This document shows positions 1 to 8,205 of a DNA stretch of 64,000 nucleotides, in pieces. Under the pieces are notes generated by a model. That model was not told where the DNA came from and did not search any database. It worked only from the letters and a program-made list of their open reading frames with translations. The DNA comes from an uncultured Desulfospira sp. (lineage in GTDB: Bacteria > Desulfobacterota > Desulfobacteria > Desulfobacterales > Desulfobacteraceae), in contig OY760175.1 in NCBI GenBank assembly GCA_963663165.1, positions 5,504,001 through 5,568,000 of the forward strand, given 5' to 3'. The stretch's first letter is position 1; every line of letters starts with the position of its first letter. Made by a program: the position numbers and the translations under genes.

Positions 1-2
1 CC

Positions 3-608
3 GAACCCATGGCCGACGGCCCCGTTATTTTAAAGGCTAACCAGTCCGCCCTTGAAGCCGGCGCCACCGTGGCCCAATGTTTCGACTTTGCCCAACGGGT
101 GGCCGGCGAGTTTGACATTCCCTTTCTATTTATGTCTTACGCCAACATTGCCTTTCGGCTCGGCTTTGACACCTTTGCTGAAAAGACTGCGGCCATAAAC
201 CTGAAAGGGGCCATTGTGCCCGACCTTCCCCCGGAAGAGGGACAGGATTATATTGATGCCATGAACCGGCACCACCTGTGCCCCATCCATATTTTTTCTC
301 CTGAAACCAGTGACCGGAGAATGGCCGAAATTGATGCGGTATCTTCCGGATTTATCTACTGCCTGGCCAGAAAAGGGGTCACGGGCAAAGAAACCGCTTT
401 TTCCGACGAGCTTGCCGTCTATCTCCACCGGTGCCGGAACGCCACGCGCCTTCCGTTAGCTGTTGGGTTCGGGGTCAAAGACAGGGATGACATCCAATAC
501 CTCAAGGGCAAAACCGATATTGCCGTGATCGGCTCTCAGACCATCCGGGTTGTGGAAGAGCAGTGCCCCCGGGCCGTGGGGGACTTTATCCGGCATCTGG
601 TGCGGTGA
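3..608 (+). CDS. trpA: Tryptophan synthase alpha chain (5' end outside window)
   Basis: PMADGPVI, IVPDLPPEE, GFIYC-ARKGVTG, PLAVGFG motifs. Confidence 0.95.
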   Translation, partial: EPMADGPVILKANQSALEAGATVAQCFDFAQRVAGEFDIPFLFMSYANIAFRLGFDTFAEKTAAINLKGAIVPDLPPEEGQDYIDAMNRHHLCPIHIFSPETSDRRMAEIDAVSSGFIYCLARKGVTGKETAFSDELAVYLHRCRNATRLPLAVGFGVKDRDDIQYLKGKTDIAVIGSQTIRVVEEQCPRAVGDFIRHLVR

Positions 609-774
609 GGTGTTTCCATATCCCCTGAATATCCTATGGGAACTGGGTTTAAAATAATAAGCTTTATCTCCAATTATGTAGCGTGTTTGATTATGTTGTG
701 AGTTTTATTCATTTTTATTCAAAAAGATTTTTCAAATCTTTCATTTTATTCGTATAATTCCAAATCATATGCAT

Positions 775-850
775 AGAAAAAGCCCGGAGTAGCCCCTCCG
801 GGCTTTGATTGTGAACTCCCGTCGATAGCCGGAGAAGCCCACACACACAG
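775..850 (-). ncRNA. Candidate small RNA divergent from the RIT leader gene
   Basis: Minus-strand TTGCAG...TGATATAGA promoter-like sequence; ends in hairpin AAAGCCCGGAG-GGGCTA-CTCCGGGCTTTTT; similar layout at 53062-53142. Confidence 0.5.
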
Positions 851-901
851 TTATATTTCTATATCATTTTCCGGTTATCTGCAATACCGGAAAAATCTAA
901 A

Positions 902-1288
902 ATGCTTTTAATTCCAAATACATGCCGATGGTGCCATTTCGTATTTTTTGTTTGCAGGTTCTGCTGGAGAGGGCAGGCCTATTGTTGCAGGGACTGCCGT
1001 AAGGCCGGAATCCTCAGAAACAAAAGAGAAGCACAGCGACGATACCGCCAGACCGAGAAGGGGAAAAGACGGCATCGGGAAGCCGAGAACCGGCGTCGGC
1101 ATCGAAAAAAAATTCAAGAGACAAAAAACATGGATGATACAGCTTCCACAGTGCTGCCTGCTTGGTGTAGGACAATAATATTGTGGATTTTGTTTCAGAT
1201 TCAGGGCCTTCCAATCAAACCATATTGTCAGTTCTGCGGCTCTTCAGGTCAAGTCGTCACACAATTTCCCCGGCGGGGATATGGATAA
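902..1288 (+). CDS. Cys-rich putative zinc-binding protein, homolog of 52563-53033
   Basis: CxxC..CxxCWRGQxYCCxxC, YRQTEKGK and C-terminal CxFCG..QFPRRGYG shared with the second copy. Confidence 0.8.
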   Translation: MLLIPNTCRWCHFVFFVCRFCWRGQAYCCRDCRKAGILRNKREAQRRYRQTEKGKRRHREAENRRRHRKKIQETKNMDDTASTVLPAWCRTIILWILFQIQGLPIKPYCQFCGSSGQVVTQFPRRGYG

Positions 1289-1310
1289 ACGTAAAAACTG
1301 GAGGCGCGGC

Positions 1311-1721
1311 ATGGTAAAAAAAGAAATCCTGAACCCTTCAAGGGTGCGTTGTATCAAAGGAGGATTTAGTTTTATCCCCCATCGGTTTCTTACGGGTGGA
1401 TTTTTGCGAGCATTAAGCCGGGACGAGTTGTTATTGTATTTTTTCCTGGTTCTGGCCGGTGACCGCAACGGATTAAGTTTTTACAGTTATGATAAAATAT
1501 GCACCCTGCTAAAAATGCAACTGGACCAGTACATTGAAGCTCGGGATGGATTGATGGAAAATGATCTGATTGCCTTTGACGGCACCATTTACCAGGTGCT
1601 TTCCTTACCGGCCAACCTTATACAATCTGCTGTACAAAAAAAATCTTCCCTGAACAGCCGTCAACCTGAATCAGTTGGAAAAATTTTGAGCAAACTGGTT
1701 ATGGAGGCCGATCATGGTTGA
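1311..1721 (+). CDS. Small wHTH-like accessory protein, homolog of 52178-52600
   Basis: GGAGG RBS before ATG 1311; FSFIPHRF, LLYFFLVLAGDRNGLSFYSYDKIC, DLIAFDG..QVLSLP shared with the second copy; fold is inferred. Confidence 0.8.
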   Translation: MVKKEILNPSRVRCIKGGFSFIPHRFLTGGFLRALSRDELLLYFFLVLAGDRNGLSFYSYDKICTLLKMQLDQYIEARDGLMENDLIAFDGTIYQVLSLPANLIQSAVQKKSSLNSRQPESVGKILSKLVMEADHG

Positions 1722-2631
1722 GCAGACACCCAAAAGTCCGCCCGGTTATGATCTGGATCAGATCCGCCGGGATTATCTGGACCATATGCTTAAAATCAAG
1801 GAAAGCTCTCCTTCTCAAACCTGTTGCAGGACCAAAATTATCAAAGCGTTTGACAGTTATCTGCAAACATCGGGAGTCTCACTGGTCAATATAAACATAG
1901 GGCATGTTGATGATTTTCTGGCAAGGTTCAATGCCCCATATGCAAAGAGTACCCAGGGGGTATACCGTTCCTGTTTTCGAGGCTTTTTGCACTACCTGTA
2001 TAATGAACGGCATTTGATCCAACAGAATTTAGCCCCGCTTGTGACCGGTCCGCCAATGTTTGCTCAAGTCAAGCCTCCTAAATTTTTAAGACCCGGTGAA
2101 GTCCGTCAGTTATTTGATCATTTGCCCTGTGCAACATCCAAAGAGCTTCGTGTCTATGCACAGGTTCACCTGGCTTATTATCTTGGATTGCGCCCCATTG
2201 AAATCAGCCGCCTTACTCTGGACGATATCTGTTTTGCCAAAGGACTGCTAAACCTGGAAAACACAAAAAATGCAAAGCCCCTTCAATTGCCCATTCCCGA
2301 TGAAGTTATCAAAGCAATCACCGCTTATATCGTTGGAGGCAGGCCTAAAAGTCAGTCTCGCTCTCTTTTTTTAACCAGCCATTGCCCACCTTACAGAGCT
2401 GTAAGTGCCTGGCTCACCAGGCACGATTTAACAAAGGCGTTGCGGGCTGCCGGTCTTCCCGGTACAGGATATTGGCTGCGCCACACCTTTGCACAAAACA
2501 TGCTGGAAGCAGGTGCCGGCATTTTTGAAATCAAAGAAATGATGGGGCATTCCATCATTGATTCCACAAAAGTATATCTAAGTATCCACAAGGAATTGAT
2601 GCGCCGGGTGTTGTTCGATGAAACCGTTTAA
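1714..2631 (+). CDS. Tyrosine recombinase, RIT gene 1
   Basis: LGLRPIE, WLRHTFA, MGHSIIDSTKVY. Confidence 0.9.
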   Translation: MVEQTPKSPPGYDLDQIRRDYLDHMLKIKESSPSQTCCRTKIIKAFDSYLQTSGVSLVNINIGHVDDFLARFNAPYAKSTQGVYRSCFRGFLHYLYNERHLIQQNLAPLVTGPPMFAQVKPPKFLRPGEVRQLFDHLPCATSKELRVYAQVHLAYYLGLRPIEISRLTLDDICFAKGLLNLENTKNAKPLQLPIPDEVIKAITAYIVGGRPKSQSRSLFLTSHCPPYRAVSAWLTRHDLTKALRAAGLPGTGYWLRHTFAQNMLEAGAGIFEIKEMMGHSIIDSTKVYLSIHKELMRRVLFDETV

Positions 2632-3592
2632 AAGCTTTTTGGCCACAGAGATGGAAAACTTTATTGTTTACCGGCAAGGACTGGGATACAGTTGCCATAT
2701 GCTCCGGTGGGCCTTGCTTACCTTTGACGATTTTTTAATGAGGCAGCCGGATCTCTCAGACATTTGGATGCCCCATTTTTATATCACCTTTAAAAATGAG
2801 ATTGGCCTTGAGCCCTCCGGCGTAGCCAGCATTCTAAATGTAGTTCGAGGCTTTTTTGATTATCTGAAACGGCAGCGGATAAATCTTGATAACCCTTTGA
2901 AAGATGTGACCGCTCCGGCCCGGCGCACCTTCATCCCCTTTATATTCTCACCGGAGCAGGTAGAAATGTTACTGGGGGTGGTATGCGGACGGATCCGGCA
3001 AACCCCTATGCGGTTCCTTAAAGATTACAGTGAATATCTGGTGATCCTTCTGCTTGCCCGCTGTGGGCTGAGGATGAATGAACCCTTGCGCCTGAGATTG
3101 AAAAATTACCGGCCGGATGAAAAGACGATTTACATAGAGAAAACCAAGTTCAAAAAGGACCGTCTTATCCCTATTCCAAAATCAACTGCCATGCAGATTG
3201 ACAACTATCTTTCAACCAGGGCCGCTTTAATTGAAAACGATATGAATCCCTACCTGTTCATGGGGATAGGGGAAAACGGCTTGAACGATAACCGTATTCG
3301 CTCTGTTTTTCACGATGCTGTGCGTCAAATCGGGATCCGCCGCCCAAGGAAAATTATCGGCGACACGACCTTTGGGAAGCCCACTCCGCACTGTTTACGG
3401 CACTCTTTTGCCATTAACACCTTGAAGGCAGCCATTGCCCGGAAACAATCACCCCGGAATGTGCTGCCGGTGCTTGCCGGCTATATGGGTCATGTTGAGT
3501 ATAAATACACCATGGAATATTTGAAAGCAGTTGATGCTGAAAGCCGCGACAGCCTGTTCAAATTTACCACCGGCAGAAGGGATGAATCATGA
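2618..3592 (+). CDS. Tyrosine recombinase, RIT gene 2
   Basis: CGLRMNE, KTKFKKDR, HCLRHSFA, LAGYMGH..YTMEY. Confidence 0.92.
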   Translation: MKPFKSFLATEMENFIVYRQGLGYSCHMLRWALLTFDDFLMRQPDLSDIWMPHFYITFKNEIGLEPSGVASILNVVRGFFDYLKRQRINLDNPLKDVTAPARRTFIPFIFSPEQVEMLLGVVCGRIRQTPMRFLKDYSEYLVILLLARCGLRMNEPLRLRLKNYRPDEKTIYIEKTKFKKDRLIPIPKSTAMQIDNYLSTRAALIENDMNPYLFMGIGENGLNDNRIRSVFHDAVRQIGIRRPRKIIGDTTFGKPTPHCLRHSFAINTLKAAIARKQSPRNVLPVLAGYMGHVEYKYTMEYLKAVDAESRDSLFKFTTGRRDES

Positions 3593-4608
3593 ACCTGACC
3601 CGTTGCGTTGTTCAATTTTTTGACCAATACCTGCCTTATGTCAAAGGGTGCCGCCCCAATACGATCAAAAGTTACCGGGATACCATGCGCTTTTTTTTAC
3701 CGTTTGCTGCCGAATACCACAGCGTAAAGGTCAGTTCGCTCAATCTGGAACATATCACGGTAGAATTAATTTTGCAGTTTCTCAATGAGCTTGAATCCAA
3801 ACGGTCCAACACGGCTAAAACCCGGAACCAGCGCCTGGCCGTTTTAAAGTCTTTTGCCAAAATGATCCGTTTTATTTATCCCGAGCAACAAAAACTGACC
3901 AATGCGATCCTTGATATTCCCCGGAAACGAAGCCAACACAAGTTGATCGGATTTTTGTATCCCCAGGAGATCAATCAAATCCTTAATGCGGTCCAACTTA
4001 AAAGAAAGGACGGGTTCCGAGATTATACCCTTCTGTATCTATTATATGATACCGGTGCCAGGGCAACGGAAATCGCTACCCTTGAGATGGATTATTTTGA
4101 TTATGAAAATCAAACTCTGGCGATTCTTGGGAAGGGTAACCGATATCGACAAGTTCAGTTGCTTGGGAAAACAGTAGAGCTTATGCATCAGTATATTGAA
4201 GAACATCGCAATACGCCAATCCATCCGTTTAAAAAAAGGCTGTTCATCAACCAAAGAGGAACAAGCTTGACCCGCCACGGTATCAACCGGATCTGTAAAA
4301 ACTACCTTGAACAGGCTTTACCGGCAAAGCGGACAGCGACCATGCACCCCGTCCATAGCTTCCGTCATTCGTGTGCCGTTCGAATGCTCTCAGAGGATCG
4401 GCCTTTATCTGAAATTAAGAATCGCTTGGGGCATTCTAATGTCAAATCCACAATGGTTTACTTAAAGCTTGATCTAGGCCAGAAGCGACATTTACAAGAG
4501 AACTTCATCCAGTTCACCAAACAGCACCTGAAATCTGATCCGAAAATTGAGGAGTTGATCCAGTGGGAAAACAAGCAAAACGTTCTTGAGTGGCTGGATA
4601 GTCTATAG
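3589..4608 (+). CDS. Tyrosine recombinase, RIT gene 3
   Basis: TGARATE, GKGNRYR, HSFRHS, LGHSNVKSTMVY. Confidence 0.93.
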   Translation: MNLTRCVVQFFDQYLPYVKGCRPNTIKSYRDTMRFFLPFAAEYHSVKVSSLNLEHITVELILQFLNELESKRSNTAKTRNQRLAVLKSFAKMIRFIYPEQQKLTNAILDIPRKRSQHKLIGFLYPQEINQILNAVQLKRKDGFRDYTLLYLLYDTGARATEIATLEMDYFDYENQTLAILGKGNRYRQVQLLGKTVELMHQYIEEHRNTPIHPFKKRLFINQRGTSLTRHGINRICKNYLEQALPAKRTATMHPVHSFRHSCAVRMLSEDRPLSEIKNRLGHSNVKSTMVYLKLDLGQKRHLQENFIQFTKQHLKSDPKIEELIQWENKQNVLEWLDSL

Positions 4609-4801
4609 ATCCTTACAGACTTCATCACCAGCACTCCTCAGGGCAAACTGTAGCTGTTTATTATGTTTAGTGATTTGTTGCAAATTTGTCATACCCTTGA
4701 TAACCAACTGTTTATTTGAACGATTTTGACTTACGGCATTACGGCGCCCAAACCACGGTCAATCAAGGCTTCAGGACCGCTCGCAACATAACTCCAAAAA
4801 A

Positions 4802-4886
4802 TTGGACTTGGGACTTGGGATATGGGACTTGGGGATTGCGGCATCCACGGCCTCCCCAAGTCCCATATCCCATATCCCAAGTCTCA
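4802..4886. repeat. Palindrome of heptamer tandem repeats (GGGACTT/GGGATAT)n...(ATATCCC/AAGTCCC)n
   Basis: Read directly; related copy at 10431-10508. Confidence 0.85.
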
Positions 4887-5094
4887 ACAATATACATTAA
4901 AGAATTTACAAACAATGTCCAAATGCCATGCCGGATTCTAAATCCGGTTAGCCCTGGTAAATATCCGTGACAGCCTTGACGGGAACTGGCGGTTCTGATA
5001 TACGCACTTTCCTGCGGCTTCCACTGTTTGAAATGTTTCAGGGGAACGCATCACCGCATATTGGATGTAAAATGCCGTTAAATCAGGGGTAGCC

Positions 5095-6456
5095 ATGGTT
5101 CGTCCTTTCAGCGTTCTTCAAAACAGGCCGGTTGGAATGCTGCTGGCCCTGGCCCTGCCCATCTCTGTGCAATACCTTCTGACCTGTTCCATGGGGGTTG
5201 TTGACCTTCTTATGATCGGGCAGTTAAATGATACGGCCATTGCCGCTGTTGGCATTGCCAATCAAATGATCTTTGTCTTTAATGTGATTCAGTTCGGCAT
5301 TCATTCCGGGGTTGCCATTTTTACCGCCCAATACTGGGGCAAAAAAGACTTAAGCCGGATCAGACACCTGTCCGGCATTGGAATCATGTCCGGTCTTTTT
5401 GTGGCCGCCATTTTCAGTTTCACCTGCGTGGTCTTTCCCCAGGCTATCATTGGCTTGTTTTCAAAAGACCCTGAGGTGGTCCTTCTCGGGGCAGGGTATC
5501 TTCAAATTGTGGGTACGGTGTTTGGTTTCAGTGCGGTGATGTTTTCTTTTGTGTCCAATCTCAGGGCCATCGGTCATGTCAAGGCCCCCATGGTCTGTTC
5601 CATGATCGCTGTTTTATTAAATATTTCCCTGAATTATGTTTTAATTTTCGGGAAACTCGGACTGCCTGCCCTGGGGGTTACGGGTGCCGCCATGGGCACC
5701 ACGGTTTCCAAAGTTGTTGAGGCCGTGATCATGGTGGGGATTGTTTATCGGACGCGCTTACCCCTGGCGGCCGGTCTCAAGGAAATGTTCTGCTTTGACA
5801 CGGTTTTCCTTAAACGGGTCTTTGCCACCTGCTGGCCGGTGTTTCTGAACGAATTGTTCTGGGTAACCGGCGTCAGCCTCTATAAGCTGGTCTATGCCCG
5901 GATCAGTACCGAGGCCATTGCCGCAATGAATATCGTTGCCACCATTGAAGAGTTCATGTTCATTCCGTTTTTCGGCATCTTTCATGGCGGCAGTGTGATG
6001 ATCGGCAACAGCATTGGAAACGGAAAGGAACAGACCGCCTATGTCCTGGGCCGTTTTCTCCTGGTTGCCCAGATGGTCATGGCGGCCGGGGCCGGTGCGG
6101 CCGTGATTTTGTCAAGGCCGGTTGTGCTTTCGTTTTATAACATTTCCCCGGCTACCTATGAAAACGCCTATTTTCTGATGTTGGTCGCCGGTCTGGTATT
6201 CTGGGGGAAGACCACGAATTTCACCATCATCGTGTCCGTACTCAGAGGCGGCGGGGATACCCGTTTCGGCTTTTTTCTAGACCTTGCCGGTGTCTGGTGC
6301 GTCGGACTGCCCATGGCCTTTTTTTGCGCCTTTTATCTTAAACTGCCGGTCTACTGGGTGATGGCGTTTATCGCCACAGAGGAGCTTTTTAAACTGGCCA
6401 TTGGGATTCCCCGGTTTTTGTCAGGAAAGTGGATACGAAACCTGGTCAAAGCGTGA
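5095..6456 (+). CDS. MATE family efflux transporter
   Basis: About 12 hydrophobic segments; DLLMIGQL, NISLNYVLIFGKLGLPALGVTGAA. Confidence 0.92.
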   Translation: MVRPFSVLQNRPVGMLLALALPISVQYLLTCSMGVVDLLMIGQLNDTAIAAVGIANQMIFVFNVIQFGIHSGVAIFTAQYWGKKDLSRIRHLSGIGIMSGLFVAAIFSFTCVVFPQAIIGLFSKDPEVVLLGAGYLQIVGTVFGFSAVMFSFVSNLRAIGHVKAPMVCSMIAVLLNISLNYVLIFGKLGLPALGVTGAAMGTTVSKVVEAVIMVGIVYRTRLPLAAGLKEMFCFDTVFLKRVFATCWPVFLNELFWVTGVSLYKLVYARISTEAIAAMNIVATIEEFMFIPFFGIFHGGSVMIGNSIGNGKEQTAYVLGRFLLVAQMVMAAGAGAAVILSRPVVLSFYNISPATYENAYFLMLVAGLVFWGKTTNFTIIVSVLRGGGDTRFGFFLDLAGVWCVGLPMAFFCAFYLKLPVYWVMAFIATEELFKLAIGIPRFLSGKWIRNLVKA

Positions 6457-6697
6457 AATCCAATAGACGATTTCTCCTGAATTGGGTCAAAATGCCCGGT
6501 ATCTCAAACTATTGGCCCCGGTAGCTCGGCAAAGGGTGAGATGGCGGCACGGTAAAAAAAACATCGCCGACAAAATAATCCTTAAATTACGAAATATCCC
6601 CTTTAAGGCGAAATGTCCTATTGACAAGCACAAACAAGCTACGTTATGATTCAACCATATTTTCTTCCAAACAAAAAACGTCACAAATGGGTTCATC

Positions 6698-7339
6698 ATG
6701 AAAGTTATTACACTTGCAAACCAGAAGGGCGGTTGTGGAAAAAGCACCATTATTTTAAACCTTGCCATCGAATTTGCATTGCAAAATCACCGGGTGATCA
6801 TATTTGATGTAGACCCCCAGGGCAGCTGCTATGAAACCATTGATGCGCGCAGCGACCAGGATGCGGTGAAGGTTACGGTGGCACCCGTATATGAAAATCT
6901 GTACCAGGCCATTGAGACCTGCGAGTCTGATTATGATTTTGCCCTTGTTGATACTCCTCCCCATGACAATGAAGTGGTCACGGTGGCAACCCTTTGTTCT
7001 GACCTTATCCTCATTCCTGTTCAGGACTCTCCTCTGGATATCCGCAGTACAAAGACAACGGTAGATCTGATAAACGAAGCCAGAACACTCAATCCTGATC
7101 TGATGGCTTATTTTCTGCTCAGCCGGATTCAGGTCAATTCCGTCATGGCCCGTGAGCTTGCAGAAATACTAAAGAAAACCTATAATTTTGATATCTGCAA
7201 TACAAAAATCGCAAACCGGATGGCGTACAAGTATTCGCTGATTTATGGCCAGAGTGTGTCGGAGTTTGCCGAAAAGGACAGTGCGGCAAAGGAAATCCAG
7301 GCCCTGGCCGGGGAAGTCCTGTTACTTCTGGGTCAGTAA
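6698..7339 (+). CDS. Short ParA-family ATPase
   Basis: NQKGGCGKST deviant Walker A, DVDPQGS, VDTPP. Confidence 0.9.
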   Translation: MKVITLANQKGGCGKSTIILNLAIEFALQNHRVIIFDVDPQGSCYETIDARSDQDAVKVTVAPVYENLYQAIETCESDYDFALVDTPPHDNEVVTVATLCSDLILIPVQDSPLDIRSTKTTVDLINEARTLNPDLMAYFLLSRIQVNSVMARELAEILKKTYNFDICNTKIANRMAYKYSLIYGQSVSEFAEKDSAAKEIQALAGEVLLLLGQ

Positions 7340-7437
7340 CCGGCAAAAAGGGGATGCCCCCACCGGGTGACCCAATCAATAGATCAACGAATATCAACGT
7401 CCCTGTCCGGGAATGATATGGAAAAGGAGCAAGTGAT

Positions 7438-7998
7438 ATGAAAAAGAAAAGACCTTCATTGCTTGACATTGAAATGTTCGCCAAAGAAAGGGCAGACAGC
7501 CGGCTCGATAAATTAAAGAAAATTGAAGAACAGACCTTCGAAGCAGTTGAGGCAAGCAAACAGCCGTATGAAGAAACGCCCAGGCAGCAGACCGAGGCCG
7601 GTTCGGAAGAATATGTGGATGAGCTTGTTGAATTCGTGACGACCTACAGGACTGAAATCCTCAACATCAAGAATGATCTGTTCAAGGTCAAGGAGCAGCT
7701 GCGCATATACAGTTCAATGGTGAACAGCCAGCAAAAAAAGATTTCCAAGCTTATGGAGGCTTACCAGCAGGAAAGCCAACAACAGGAAGGGCCTGTCTCC
7801 CGAACGGTTCAGGACGATAATTATTACCGGCTGGTATTGCGAAATGTCATTTGGCTCAAAGAAGAAAAGGGATTTACCACCAACGATGTCCTGCGCCTGT
7901 TCCGCGCGGAAGGGTTTGAGGCCCCGGCACCCCATAAAAGCTGGAACGAAGATGTTGTTGAACGGCTCTATGCCGAGGCCAGACGGGTCATCATCTAA
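7438..7998 (+). CDS. Hypothetical coiled-coil protein downstream of ParA
   Basis: AAAGGAG RBS, 186-aa charged helical ORF. Confidence 0.7.
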   Translation: MKKKRPSLLDIEMFAKERADSRLDKLKKIEEQTFEAVEASKQPYEETPRQQTEAGSEEYVDELVEFVTTYRTEILNIKNDLFKVKEQLRIYSSMVNSQQKKISKLMEAYQQESQQQEGPVSRTVQDDNYYRLVLRNVIWLKEEKGFTTNDVLRLFRAEGFEAPAPHKSWNEDVVERLYAEARRVII

Positions 7999-8205
7999 AA
8001 CCGCCCCTTGGGCGGCCCCGGTATCCGCACAACCCATTCAGACGATTTCCTATCTGAGATACCTGGCCGGTGCAAACCAGCCGGGTATCTCAGACCTTTC
8101 CTTTATTCCGTAATTAAAAAATGGTAAAAGCTTGAGTTATGACCACATAGCGGCCGGTATCTTATTTTTATAGCGCTTGATTAACCTTTATGCCCAGGAC
8201 GGACC

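Larger units (their letters stand above)
674..4791 (+). mobile_element. RIT element (recombinases in trio) with two extra leading genes
   Basis: Three overlapping tyrosine recombinases; ends TTATGTAGCG (674) and TTATGTTGTGAG (691) versus CTCGCAACATAA (4780-4791); 6-bp direct repeat CTCCAA at 668-673 and 4792-4797. Confidence 0.9.

Noticed and set aside
4716..4970. ORFs with WDLGYGTW-type repeats (also 10406-10961)
   Set aside because: Translations of the heptamer palindromes; no RBS or family features
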